Source of the DNA: Eledone cirrhosa
Lineage: Eukaryota
Direction: 5' to 3'
Length of the DNA: 64,000 nucleotides
Assembly (NCBI GenBank): GCA_964016885.1
Contig: OZ024743.1
Location: 155,992,001-156,056,000 of the forward strand
Below are positions 13,831 to 27,550 of this stretch, in pieces. How positions within the stretch are numbered: position 1 is the stretch's first letter; each line of letters opens with the position of its first letter. Under the pieces are notes generated by a model. That model worked only from the letters and a program-made list of their open reading frames with translations. It was not told the DNA's origin and made no database searches. The translations under genes and the position numbers were made by a program.

Positions 13831-14109
13831 AGCAAAGTTGACGTCAGGACCTATAGGATACATTTCGTCATGGCTATCTTGTAGATGGAGTATACTCTTT
13901 GATTTGCCTTTCAGTATTCCTTTACAGCTCAGTCAAATCAGAAGAGGAACATCTGAAAAACCTTCCATTATGACGAAGAACAAACTATGAATCATGCCCA
14001 GCTGCCATTCAGGTGACCTCCTTGTCTTGTTTGAAGCAGATTGGGCTCTACTGGAGGAGGTGAAGGCTTTAAAGACGATAACGACCCAAATGATGACTTT
14101 TAAACCGCG

Positions 14110-17100
14110 ACCACACCTGATCACCTTCGAGGAAGAGGTGGAGATGTCGTAGCCTGAGCGCGTGTCTGCGCATCATCAGCCACGGCACGCCCAGCCCTCC
14201 ACGTAGCGGGTGTTGACAGCAGCTGAACCGCCTGACCATCGGAGCGCTTCCCTTCCACAAAAAGCGAAAGAGCAAACGCTCCACCGCAGTCAGGCGGGGC
14301 TTAGGACAAGGTACGACGGTCAGGTGGTAGTAGATGACGGACGCGATGTACGCGTTATCCACCTCCGCTCGACCTTAAAAGGGATACCTTCCTCTCTAGC
14401 CATTTCTGGGTGAGAGAAGCCACCCTGCTCGTCACCCCGTCCCAGTGTTTGTCCGTCTGGAGGTCCGGACCGAACCAGACCCCTAGCAATTTAACCGGTC
14501 CGTCCGTCCAGCGTCCAAAGACGCTGTTGGACGGCATGGACCTGCCTCTCCAGGTGCCGAGCAGCAGGCCCACTGACTTTTCCTGGTTGATCATTGCTCC
14601 TGTCACCGCTTCGTATTCTCTTTGTGTTGTGGCGATCGCCTCGATGTGTTTGGCGTTCCACACCACTACGGTGACATCGTCCGCATATGCTGACACAGAT
14701 CTTCCGCATCCTAGTTCGCGCGGGACGCCCCTCAACATCTCCAGTCTGTGCAGTAATGGCTCGAGAGTCAATACGTACAAGAGGGACGAGAGTGGACATC
14801 TTTAGCGGATCGAGTGCATGATGTTGAACGGTTCCGAAAGGTGACCGTTCACTCTCACCACAGAGCAGATGTCGCTGTGCATGGCAGCGATCCAGCCTCT
14901 GAAGACGGGCCCAAAGCCAGACGCCCTCAGGACTGCCGCTAGGTAACGATGGTCGACCCTATCGAAAGCTTTCGACTGATCTAAATTTTTCAAGGACCCA
15001 CCCGTGCCAGGTTCCCTAGCTACCCTCTCTACGATGTATCGCATGAGGTGGAGGTTGTTGTGGATGGATCTGTCGGGAATGGCGCATGTCTGCGCCTCTC
15101 CCAGCAGACCACCAACGACAAGCGCCAACCTCTTTGCTAGCACCTTGTCCAAAATCCTGAACTCAGTGTTTAGCAGAGTTATGGGCCTGAAATTATCTAT
15201 GTTATCCCCCTTGTTCGGATCCTTTCTAAGCAGTGCCACCGCTCCTCGGATCACAGAGCTGGGATTTGTCCCGTTCTGTTGCCAGTTGCAGTAGACGTCC
15301 GCCAAGAGGCCTCCGAACAAGTCTGGCATCTGTACTTAAATTTCATAAGTCAGACCATCCAAACCAGGCGATTTACCCCTTGTTCAGTTAGTCATTGCCT
15401 CCCGTACTTCAGCGGCTGTTATCGGTTTTTCGCAACACTCCGCCTCAGTGGCCGACAGCTGCGGCAGTCCGTCGAGGTAGACACTATAGGCCATCCCTCG
15501 GCCCGGCCCACCGCTGCTCCTGAACGGCTGAGCAAAGTGTCACTGAAAAGTTTTACACATTTGCCCGGGATCGAGAAGCATGCGCCCGTCGTGGTCCACC
15601 AAAGACCGGATCGTGGCTTTGTTGCCTCGACGCGCCTTGCCACTCGGGCCCATTGAACAGCTTTCGTTCCCTCGTGTCTGAGAGCACGCACCCTAGCTCT
15701 GTCAACGCGGCCTTCGTGCTTTGCATTGAAGAATTAGTCAATGGCAAATTTCGCCGCAATACGTCGGGCGCGATGCCTTTGCTAAGCGCCTCGTCTAATT
15801 TTCTAACGAGTTCTCCCTCTGCTCTATTTTTCTCTATTGCTAAAGCCTTACTAAACCTAATGGACTCTATTCTAATCGCTCTTTTCAGAGCAAACCACAA
15901 CTTGTTGTTGACGATGGCCCCCGTCAACGCCCGCTTAACTAGTTCGCTAATCGGGTCTCTGTAGGCCTTGAGCGCTGGTAAGGACGCTTTTAGCTTCCAG
16001 TAGCCGGGTCCTCGTCTATGAAGCCTATATAAGTCAAGCACACTGATCACGGATTTGTGGTTCGCGTAGCTGACTATCTTGAATTGTGGACAGCCTATGC
16101 TAGACCTATCTATTTCCCTACAAAATACTCTATCTAGATATGATCTGGATGCCCCTATGCGATTTGTCCAAGTCCACATTGGCACATTCGGGAAATCCAA
16201 TCGGTACCTGTCAGACAGTTCAAAACGCCTGAGCAGGTTGCTGAGGCTCTTGCACCCTCCTCCCCTATCCGCTAATCCCCCACAGTCCCAGCGTGATCTA
16301 AGATCCCGTTCTAGTCCCCCACTAACACTAGAGAACGGGACGTTCCAAGAAAGGTCTACAAACGCCGGAAGAAATCGGGCGGTCCCGCTCCTGTTGGGGC
16401 ATAGGTGGGCACTAGCCTGAAAGCTTGCCCTCCGCTGGTCACGTCCAGTACCACCAACTTACCCTCTGGTATCTCCAGATCCAGACTTCTCCAGAACAAC
16501 ACGCCCCCACCCCCTATCTGGGATGGCTTGGAGATGTGTACACCTCGGAGCCGCAGAAGATGTGTGCGAATGCCCGTACTTTTATGCTACCTATTCTGAG
16601 AGAAGCCCTGGTGGCAAGGATAGGGGGAAAACAAGTGAGAGCGGAGAGGTACAAAAATGACCTGTTGTTCTTCTTTAGGAAGGGGGTTGGTGATCCATCC
16701 CTCCGACCGTTGGTGGGTTTCTCCACGAGAATATCCGTGAATGTTCTTTTGGTTATGTTCCCTCAGTAGTCTCCAATTGAACATTGTTATAATGTTATGT
16801 AATGTTTTGTGTAATTTCTATTATTTTATGTGTGTGTGGGGTGCAATTTTGCTGGTTTGTACGTTGTTTGTTTCTGTAATGTTGGTCTGGTGTTGAATGT
16901 AATTTAAAAGCTTTGTGTTGTGTGTCTATGGCTGTGTATTGTGTCTACTGTTTTGGTGTTGGTGCTTTCAAATGCTTGCTGTTATGTTGTTTGAGGTGAC
17001 GATAGGGTAGGTTCTAAGGGTGGCGGTGGTGGTGGTGGCGGTGGTATTGGTTGTGGTGGTGGTGATGATGTAGGTGGAGGTGGGGGCGTGGCTGTTGATG

Positions 17101-18660
17101 GTGGTGGAGGAGGTGGGTAGTTTTCATTTTCTTTTTTTTAGGGTTCTTTCTTCCTCTTTTTTTTGAGGGTAGGGAGTCCTTCCTTTCTTTGTTGGAATAA
17201 CTCTCCACTCTTTGTTTTCATCGCATTCCTTGTCCGATTAAGCTATATCAGGAAGAGGTATGATTTCCATTGGTACTGTGCGTGGTGGAAGAGATTGTGC
17301 TTTCGTTGTTGGGGATGGTCATTTCTCTTCTGCTACTGTGGTCTTTGCCTCTTTGTCTGCTCCAGTTGCGTGCACTACGTGGGTAGAAGGGATGTGCGCG
17401 TGCCTGTCTTGGTAAGTTTAGGGCAGAACTCGTTAAGGTACGTCATGTCACCGCATCCATGACAACTTGGGCGCCTACCGTCGACAGTCACGGGTAGATG
17501 GCTGCCCTCGTCCAGGTCTATTACATCGGGGATGGCCTCAATGCTCTCATGGTTTTCTTGGATGATTAGCTCCATCCCCGACCCAGTCCAATTTTCCTGT
17601 CTTATTCGCATGATGTTGAATATGGTTGTTGAATCCTCAACGTCAGCGAGGACGGCCGCCGTCAGCAACGCCATCTCCACTGAGGGCGGAACCTGGCCCA
17701 CTCGAACCTTCACAACTCTCTGGCCGCAGTATGTGGGCATCATTATGATTTCACTGCGGAGTGGCGCAATGGAGTGTGATCTGGCTTATTCTGGTGCATC
17801 GAAGAGCACACCACAGTGCCATATCTCGATCCCCGAGCTATAGAAGTTTTATGTGCCCAGACGGAGCCCATAGCCTCTTTGGACCTATGACTCCGTTGCC
17901 CGTTCAATTCGCCGCGATTTTAATCCGATCGTGCGATAACTGACCGAACACCAAAGCTTGTATCTTATTATCTCAGCTGGGCGGTGAGACTTACCCTGTG
18001 CCCGGTCTTTTTAACCAAGACCTTTGCTTGTTTTATCTCTTCGTTAGTGATGTGTACTTGTTCAAAATTGTTTGTCGCTTTAGCGAAAGATGTCTTTGTT
18101 TTCATTTGTGTTGATTCATCACTAATTTTGTCTTTGCTGCCGTCGTTGGTGTTTTTTTTTTTTTTTTCCTCTTTATTGCTGCTGTTATAGTTGTTGTTCT
18201 TTGGGTTCTATATGGCTGTTGCTGTTGTAATTATTGTTATTGGGGTGGTGGTGGTGGTGCTGCTTGATTTTTTTTAACTCAGGGACATTTTCGTTGTAAT
18301 TTCCACTACAGCTACTACTGTTCCAGTGGGTGCTGCTGTGTCACTACCATTGTCGCTGCCGCTGCTGCTGCTGTTTCTCTTGTTTTTTACTTCGCCTTGT
18401 AATTGGGTGGAATTGGCTATTCCACCCTCCGAACAACTAGCTGTTCCTCCCTGTTGACAATCTTTTTTGTCTGCCATGTTTTTTAAAACAAAATGTGGGG
18501 GTTATTATTGTAAGTAAAAGCAAATTTAGCCCTAAAGAATAATAATAATAATAATATATATATTTTTTTTTATTATAATCAAGTGATGTATTAACTGGCT
18601 TACCAATGCACACTGTGAATTTATTTGCCCTAGGTGTCAGGAAGACTCTCGGCATATATC
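14110..18660 (-). mobile_element. Tx1/L1-clade LINE, 3' truncated and decayed (ORF1 ~17000-18477, ORF2 ~14110-16610)
   Basis: ORF1 knuckle CHGCGDMTYLNEFCP; APE motifs WTW..SYLDRV and GPGYWKL; RT motifs FRPITLLNTE, LDQSKAFDRVDH and AYADDVT. Confidence 0.9.
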
Positions 18661-19160
18661 TCAGAAATAATAATGAAAGAAAATAAAAACAATAATAATA
18701 ATAATAAGAAGAAGAAGACCTATTTAGAGTATGATGCTATATAATCTTGCAAAAGAAACGCACCATTAGAATTAGTTCAGTTTGTAACCAAACACCGTGA
18801 ATCATTTTAAGGAACAAATCCTATCTACCCTACACAAACGTAACAGACAATTTGTTTTGCAAACAAATAGTGGCATAACATTTGGTCTCTCTCAATCTCT
18901 TTATACATATATATATATATTTTTTTTTTATATATTTTGTTTTTACCTTCTCTCATTTCTTTTCACAATATTGGTGTGTATAAGTTAGCTATTACTAATC
19001 TTTGTTTCCGGTCCACTTATTCCATTTTACACAAAAAAATTGCATTTCAAAATATGTTTTACCTCACTACAATGCATTTCTGATCCATTTACTAACATCG
19101 CCTTGAACATATTCCTGTTCATCTTAGCAGATCTATTGCTTCAATTACTATATATATCAT

Positions 19161-19232
19161 CATCATCATCATCATTATTATTATTGTAGTTTTTGATTGT
19201 TATTGTCGTTGTTGTTATTATTATTATTATTA

Positions 19233-19286
<54 letters not shown>

Positions 19287-19323
19287 ATTAATATTATTAT
19301 TATTAGTAGTAGTAGTAGTAATT

Positions 19324-19365
<42 letters not shown>
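19161..19365. repeat. (ATT)n/(GTA)n microsatellite
   Basis: Directly visible. Confidence 0.95.
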
Positions 19366-20018
19366 TCGTTTGTGGCTGCGGTTGCATTTGTATTAATATT
19401 TCTATTACATTTCACTTTTTCTACGTTTAGAAGGCAGGGCAGATATATATGTTGTTATTCATGGCAGTTGACTTGACATATTATCGATAACTGGGGGGAG
19501 TGATGTTGTTTCTATCCTCTGTCAGCACGAGGGAAACAGGAAAAATCCAATAAGAATGAGCATGATAATAACTAAAACGGCAACAACGATGACGTTCATG
19601 ACTAATTTGCTGATTTTGTTCTTTACTACAGACATTTTATTTTACCCGTTCTACACAATATGCTCTTTTACGTTTTCTTTCATTTTTACATTTATCTTGC
19701 ATATTTCATACACCATTGCACAAGTCTGTATACTCGGGCCTTAACATATTTAGAGGTGTTTTCCATCCGGTTGCTTCATGTAACTCAGGCAAGCATCTGT
19801 GAAATGAGGGACTGCTACCTATTTTCTGGCTTCATAAGCTAACGTAATACATTTCTTTTATATATGTCTGAATATGTGAACAAGCATTTTGGAATGGTTA
19901 TGTTAGGGAAGTAACGTGTGGGGTTTTGCGGTGTTCGGAATATATTACTGCTATTGAATTCTTCTTTGAATTTGTTTTGCGAAATTTCTGATCTGAAAAC
20001 GTATGTTGAAACAGATAT

Positions 20019-21345
20019 TGTTATACTTTGGAAGGGTCATGCAGCCAATAAAAACACGCGCACTTGTTGGTTTTTTAATTCAATTTTTTATGTTTCTGGT
20101 TGGTTGGTTCTATAACCGGAAGGCTGTTTATTGTCAAGCTCTTCCGTCGCACATTACACTCTGGTAATTATTGCTATCATACCATGAGATTATTTTATTT
20201 GACTTATTCTTAATCCTTTCTATCCTGTTCCAAAATATGCTCCTGTACATGGGGCAAGTTCCATTTCCATCATTTTCTACAATCTTTGTCCATTTGGTTC
20301 TGGCTCCTTTATATACGCTAATCTTGTCTCTCTGATTGTAGCCAGAGAACTCCATGCTGTAAATGAAGATTTGGGGTTGCACATGCGGGACACGTTCCTC
20401 ATCACTCTTACTAAGACCGCAATCAGTATGTTGATGTTTATGCGTCTGAAACAGATGTGGTTCAATGGATCAGGTATTTGGTTCGGCATCATGTGAATGG
20501 AAGATTTGCGTTCTATTACTAATAGTTTCCAACCAGAGTTCTGTGTCTAGTATGGGTAATCTATGGTTGGGGTGTTTAGTAAAACATACCTATTTCAAAG
20601 ATCCTCCTTTGCTGATAGGAAATTCATAGTCTGCAATTTAAGCCCGCAAACTAACTGCAAAATTAGTAACGGAGTATATAGCATAATATGTACTGAGGGA
20701 CAGTGTATGTATCAGAATATAACATACATAGGTAAAATAGCCCAGGGCATGGGGAAAGCTCATCAGTACTCCAGCAACATGCTAAAATAGAACCTAGGGG
20801 CACATTAGAGAACATAGAGATACAAATTATATCCACACACAGAAAAGATGCAATACTGGGACAAATCACAGAGGCGATAAATATAAATGAACTCTAACCA
20901 AAATTAAACAGAAAACATGAGTGGAATAGCAACATCACAGCTAGTAATTAAGAACAAAATGAAGACATACAGACGCACAAAACCAAATTAACAAAACAAA
21001 TCAGACACAAACAAATAGAAAAATCAACCAACTAGTGACAAGAAATAAACACATAAACAAATAACACGCCCCCCCCCCCCCCACACACACACACAACCGG
21101 ATGTAACACATGCGAAAACTAAGCACACAACACGCAGCACACAAAAACAAGATGGTGTAGGTCAGAGCAAAGGAGAGACACAAAATTAAAACCTTATCAT
21201 TGAGGAGGTCACAAAATGTGTGACGAAATAGCAATATATAATATATAATCCACATTCCGGTTATTGAACCAACCGGAAACTTATAATAAATTGAAGTGAA
21301 ATCTAGCAGTTTTTATTGGCAGCATGACACTTCCAAATTATAACA
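20019..21345. mobile_element. Rearranged Naiad-type PLE: RT-thumb plus 3' end on minus strand, GIY-YIG plus HHR plus 3' end on plus strand
   Basis: Minus 20134-20420 reads LVRVMRNVS..FSGY..PMYRS.FW..WY..SVM; plus 20570-20930 is homologous to the 59541 EN (VYSIIC..TYIG..LNRKHEW); inverted termini at 20019-20122 and 21256-21345; HHR-like TTGAGGA-g-gtcaca/tgtgac-GAAA at 21200-21228. Confidence 0.8.
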
Positions 21346-21759
21346 ATATATATTGAATGTTTTCTATGAAAGGGAACATACCATATTCTTCAGCTATACA
21401 TATTATCTTCATACTATCCGTCCATATAATACTTAATATATGTGTTTATGCATCTGGAAATAATTTAAAATGTTCAATAAATGTATTGTGCTAACAATCA
21501 GCAGAGAATATACAGGAAGCACTTGCAATGCTAAAGTTATGATATGCATCTCACATACTTTTGTCCATCGCTGCTTCCCATTTGGGGAAAAAATTAATAA
21601 AATGAATTAGACCTTGTTTACTTTTAGATTTAATCTTTTCCTTGAGAGACTATGTAATATTTGTTGCTGGTTAGTTAAATCTGTCATGAGTCAGTAGATA
21701 TATAATCAATGGTCCTGCTAAAATTATCAAACACCTTGTATATCAGGGATTGTCAGAGT

Positions 21760-22330
21760 ACATATCCTTCTATGAGGAAGTCACTGCAGCATTAGATGTA
21801 TTTTAAACCGAGTCATATATCTTGATGGGTCATTTCAACGCTCATGTTGACACTGGTCGGCGGATATAATGTGGAATTGAAGAGGGATCACCACCTAAAT
21901 AGGATGACACTGTCTAAAGACAATGCTGCCTTCTGCCACGGCTAATACAATGGTGATATGTTTGAGCATTATTTTCTTCATGTGCTAGTTTGAGTATAAA
22001 CTTATTTCCGTTGTCTCCGACGAAGAGTTCTCCGAATGGGGGTCACGACCCAAAGTTCACAAAGGATGGATCTTAGTGCAAGCATCACATACCACACGGC
22101 TGTGTTAAACTAGGTGAAGGATTGAGTCTACCACTTCACAACAAATACGTTCCCCCTGACCGGCTGTCAAATAGTCTCTGTTTATTAAACTTAAAACTTA
22201 AGAGGGTTATAGAGAGGAGGCCATATTTTTAGACACCTATCTTAAATTTGTGCAGTTTTATCGAAAGCACATTGTGTTACTCAATAGTAACACACGTGGA
22301 TCCCAATTATTGCTGATTATAACTTTACTA
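21760..22330 (+). pseudogene. Highly decayed RTE-like LINE remnant
   Basis: YILMGHFNAHV resembles the APE GDFNAHV motif, followed by weak RT-like segments. Confidence 0.4.
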
Positions 22331-23277
22331 AATTTATAACAACTCGGCTTCAACTGCTGCAATCATCCAAATAGGTTTTACTTTACCTCTAGCATTTACT
22401 CTGTTTCTGTGGCGAATAAAATGTATTTAAGATTTGGACGTTTCGTTATATTGTATGCTACACCTGTATGAAGCAAGATAAATATTTCGCGGCTTACTTT
22501 CTATGATATCAAGCTTAAGTCTCTTTTTCTTACTTGTCTGCTACACTCTAATTATCTCTGTCCAAATTTGGTTTCACTTCTTTTCTCCTTGGAAAATGTT
22601 ATGTCGTGACCTGTGTAACATGATTTATTGCTCTTCAGAAAGGTATTCCTTTAGAAAGATAGTATGTGATCACTTCAGTGAATAGATGCAAGAATATGAA
22701 TAGAGTATACGATATAAAATTGAAAGTGTATTTAAAAAAATAAACCTTCTCCCATCTCTGTAAAACATGATGGGATTACCGGGAATTATCTAGCTTCTTT
22801 CTTGGAGGCCATAGCATAACAGAAGATATATTTCTATAAAAGAAATGTTTATTCATGTATTATAGAAATCACCTTTATTCCTAACAATAACTGTAGCATT
22901 GAAAATAAAAACAACAATATTGCTGAGAATGATTTGAAAATGTTATTGATCTGCCTGCTTACTGAACATAATACAGTATTAGGAATTATAAAATAGTTGC
23001 CTTCTGTATGGATAGGGAGTTTATCCTCAGTAAATTCGTACCCAATGTCTATCTCTTTTTATCCTTCATCTTAGCTTTATCTTTAACGCTAATTCTGATT
23101 TGGTTTGCATATATGATACATGCATAAACGTAGTATTTCTGTTGCAAACATTTAAAAAGTATTTTTAGCTTTTATTTGAATGGTGTTTTAGGGTTCTCTT
23201 TTACGAACCTAAGCGTCGCTAGAAAAATACAGCAACACCAATGACATCGAAAAGACCACAACTCTATTAAAAGGGCA

Positions 23278-23353
23278 AACGCGTTCTAGCCAAATGGCGC
23301 TCTAGCCAAAGCGTTCTGGCCAAAGCGTTCTATCCCAAATATACTCCTATACC
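23278..23353. repeat. Short ~14 bp tandem repeat (gcgttctagccaaa x4), possibly the subterminal repeat of a non-autonomous DNA transposon
   Basis: Four imperfect units ending in cctatacc. Confidence 0.5.
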
Positions 23354-23937
23354 AGTTCAGGTATTCATATAGTAAATAATATAAACCCCGAATGAGAAAA
23401 TGAGCAGATTTCTCACACTTAAAGCTCAATGAAAATCAGAAATGAAACAATAGCACGGAGACTAGGTATATACCGAGATCCATATTATCCTAGTCATTAC
23501 CAATCTATATACACCATTACAGCAAACTGTAGATTTCACATATATCTTATAAGATAATTTCAATAGAAAAAAACTATTAATGTCAGTAAACTATTACAAT
23601 CGGTTCCACGTTCCAAATTATACACCACAATATGTTAACATCCATAATCCCTCTTGAATTAACAGTTGGATATAATATATAACAAAATATTACTTCATCA
23701 AATATTAGCGTACCTAAAGGAATACATTAAAGATCATAATAATTACCATTACTGTTTTCCATGTACCATGCACATTGTACATACATATTTATAAACGATA
23801 AAGACAATATCGTATGTCGCTTAAACACCAAGCTTGTGGTCACAGAATGTTCAATGCAAACTTGAGACGAACATAAAGACCGGGCTCTAAAACAATACAT
23901 GTCCAGTAACTCTGCAAAAAACTGTCTCAGTTCTTAC

Positions 23938-24124
23938 CAGCCACATTAGAGAACATAAATTGCAGACAAACATCAACGCCATGATCATAAACATACCAAA
24001 TACAAACGGATATAGAAATTGTTCTATGATATTTGCTGTGGACATAATATATGTAATAAACAAATAAAATGATGCACATAGCTTATTCTTCTCTATTTCA
24101 ATTTTATAAATGCGCCTAAGCTGA
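23938..24124 (-). CDS. Candidate host exon of a multi-pass membrane protein
   Basis: Pyrimidine-rich acceptor tttctcttttcaccag, donor ctg|gtaaga, open frame with two hydrophobic stretches, in a repeat-poor region; family not recognised. Confidence 0.35.
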
Positions 24125-25639
24125 CTGGTGAAAAGAGAAAGCAAAACATATACATATGTTCACATTGTGCTCAATACAATTGACTAATGCATGTTTGAAA
24201 GTGAAATATTTGGATGTAAACAATTCATGCTATCATTAAGCAATGAGATAAAGTTTGTCATATGAAGGTCGACACCGGACAAATCAACGATACCAATAAT
24301 AATTATAATTAAAATATATGTTTATCATAATACATATAATGATTTAGAAGTTTAAAGAGCTGTTTCGTTAACCAGGAATAAGAAATACATTCATTCAGTG
24401 GTCTGTATAAGCTTCGTGCTCTATTTATAAGTAGTAACCATCACTATCTTGACACGAGGATTCTCCTATACTAAATTATTCAGTTGCCAGTGGAAATAAG
24501 AGCATGGGCCCCTGACATGATTTTACTAGTGTTTACTTTGTAATTTGATATAAAATTTATTTGAGTGCACAGAACATTATGTAAAACAGCCAAAGAGAAT
24601 GCAAATATGCACTAACAAATTACTGATTTAATGAGAAACTATAAATATTTCACTTTCTACCGTGAAAACCACTTAAGTTAATGGTACTTTACTTATGTAT
24701 GTTCATAAACACAGAATCTTTGTGTAAAAAACATTTAACACTGACAAAAAATGTAGCAAACATATATTTGTTTTTGTAAGTGGCAGCAAAATATATACAT
24801 AAATATATACGTTCCTTTCAAATCAGATGCAACTAAACTGTTCAATTTAAATCACAGTTTATAGAAACTGTTTATTTTTATCAATATTTACATGTAGGTT
24901 CCATATTATAATTGTTTATAACAGACTGAGAAATATCGCAAAATATTTTTATAATATACTTTACCTATATTTTATGATAAATTATATATGCAGGAATATG
25001 GCGTTTAGTTTATTTAATAGTATCAACTATTTGCCTGGATATTATACAAACACGGGAATGTAATACTAAGTTTTGTTTGGTAAAATAGAGCTCGTATGGA
25101 ATTGTAACAGAATTATGGAAATACATTGCTGTCTTGGTTGTGGATAATGTGCTGCATAGGATTGAACAATATATCATTATCTAAAATAAAACCTTTTATA
25201 TATTACTCTCAGTTGTGATATAGGGATGACCGGGTGAAATGGTTTACGGAATACCACATTATACCGGTAGATTATGAAACCAAAAAACATACACATAATA
25301 CTAGCGCAGTATATTTAATCCACAATAAAACTCGGTATCATTAGTCTCTGTTATAATGAGATAGATGTTGCTCATAAATATGTATATATAAGGGGCTATA
25401 GAAGAAAATGTCGTAGATAGATTTTAATAGGATGTGCATTCGCTAGAGGATTGTATGTACTTCATCCAAGCCATTCAAAAAAATAGTAATGGTTATGCAT
25501 TTATCTGCACGTGTATATTAATAGTTCCTGCTTTACCGCGATGTATGATGCAACCAAATTTGGTTTTATATTCTATCTTTTTGACTTGATGATAATATAT
25601 TCACATATAATTCTATTCAAAATAAACTGCATATATTAA

Positions 25640-26200
25640 TCTATGAGTTCAAATCCAGCCGAAGTTAACTCCGCCTTTCATTCCTACGGGGTCAATAAAA
25701 TAAAACACCAGTAACACACTTGAATAATTGCTGGCCTTGTACCAAATGTAAAAACAGTTATTATCATTATTATTTAACAGGGTGGTGTATTGGCAGTATC
25801 GATAGAGAGTCAGACACCATGCTTTGCAGTATAGAGTTACGGATCTTTGCGGTCTGAGTTAACTTTGCCTTTCAACTTTACAGGGTCGATAAAATAAAGT
25901 ACCAATCACGCCCTAGGGTCGATTTAATCGACTTCCCCCTGGCCTTGTGCCTATACTAGAAAGCTTTATTATTATTTAGCAGTATCAGTGGATCATTGGA
26001 CTCCCTGCTTCGAAGCATAGAGTTACTGCTCTTTAAGTTCTGAGTTGAAATGCCGCTTACGTTAATTTTACCTATCATATTTACGGGCTCAATAAAATAA
26101 AGTACCAGTAATGCACTGGTGTCGATTGAATCTACTTTCTCGTCCTCTTTTTCAAATTACTGGCCTTGTGCCCAAATCAGAAACGATTATTATTATTACT
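25640..26200 (+). mobile_element. Tandem array of three tRNA-derived SINE units
   Basis: A-box-like tggcagtatcg, B-box-like gagttcaaatcc, central gcctttcatccttacggggtcgataaaataaagtaccag, tail ggccttgtgcc..aaac(att)n. Confidence 0.8.
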
Positions 26201-26639
26201 ACCAATTATTATTGTAACATCTTACAGGATGAAATATTGATATATCGCTAAACTTCTCTCTCTCTTCGATTGGGATCTAATGCCTAGAATCAGGGCAGCT
26301 CATATGGATTCCATTTGTATTAAATGCCTATATGATTCTGTACGTACGTGTATGCTATTAAAGTTAATTTTGTTGTTTGCTTCTGTTACATGTGTTGTTG
26401 CCGTGGTGGACGTGGTGGTGATGGTGTTGGTGTTGGTTATGGTTGTGGTAATGCTGGTGTTGGAGAAGCAGTGCTATTGCTACTATGTTGTTGCTTTTTA
26501 TCGTTATTTTATTTTGTTGTTCTTGTAATGTTGGTGGTGGTGTTGACAATTTTAGCTACAGGAAATTTAATTCATAACATTATCTTGTTATGTTGTCGTT
26601 GATGTTGTTGCTACTGCTACTGCTGTTGTCATTTAGTTT

Positions 26640-26800
26640 TACATGTTTGCTGTTCCATTCTTCAGATAGCCGGCTCTTCAGTTCAACAAACGTACACACC
26701 TGGGCCGTTATCTTTCTTTTTCGAACCAAAATTGAGAGTCATGTTTGGAAGAAATCTCGATTTAACCCTTCTACATGTAATGCTGAACTAACTATCCCTG
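26640..26800 (-). pseudogene. Possible Tc1/mariner transposase C-terminal remnant
   Basis: LNRDFF..*..ELKSRLSEEWN resembles the PDLNP.D..W..ELK..L.EEW tail. Confidence 0.3.
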
Positions 26801-27084
26801 AAAGATACTGGTTAGTTTACCTTCAATGCGATCAGAAATGTTCAATAGGATATGTTGCATAAAAGTGTAAAAATATAACACACATACAGAGTGATTTATG
26901 AACTAGTATTGAGACAAATGCAATAATAATAAACGTTTCTAATTTAAACACAAGGCCCTCAATTGCAAGTGGAGGGGAATTCGATTAAAGCAACCACAAT
27001 GCATTACTGGTACCTTATTTTATCGGCACACAGACTACTCTAGGAGAGTAAGATTGATTATAAAATCAAATTTGAATTGCAGAA

Positions 27085-27550
27085 ACCAATATGGATCCCC
27101 AAACACTTGGACATTATCATTGCTAAGATATGGTACTAGAGTAGTTGGGTGGACAGTAACCGAGCTACAATGCCTGGAGAGGAAAGGGAGAAGGCTATTC
27201 TCAATGAACGGAAACGTTCATCCAAACAAGGAAGTTCACAGAATATACTTGGCATGAAAGGAGAAAGAGAACCCATCAGCCTTGACGGATGTGTGAGAGC
27301 AGAAAAGAATAGCGTAACCTGGTATATAAAGAATGCTAATGAAATATTGCTGTTGGAAGTGTAAAATCAAATGTGCTAAACATTGGATATGGCAAAGAAA
27401 ACACGGAACACAAGACAGAGAGGCGAATTGAAACTGAAATGAGACGGGCTTTAAGAAATGACGTGCGGGCAATGCTACCTGGATAGAGAAGCCAAAACCG
27501 ATTTGGCGTACATGTGGATATTATGCAAAATGTGACTTTAGGTCAGAAAC
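27085..27550 (+). pseudogene. R4/Dong LINE RT-thumb fragment
   Basis: NTW..SLLRYG..VGWT..EL..LERK.RR..MNG.VHP..VHRIYL; a partial minus-strand SINE lies just upstream at ~26930-27030. Confidence 0.75.
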
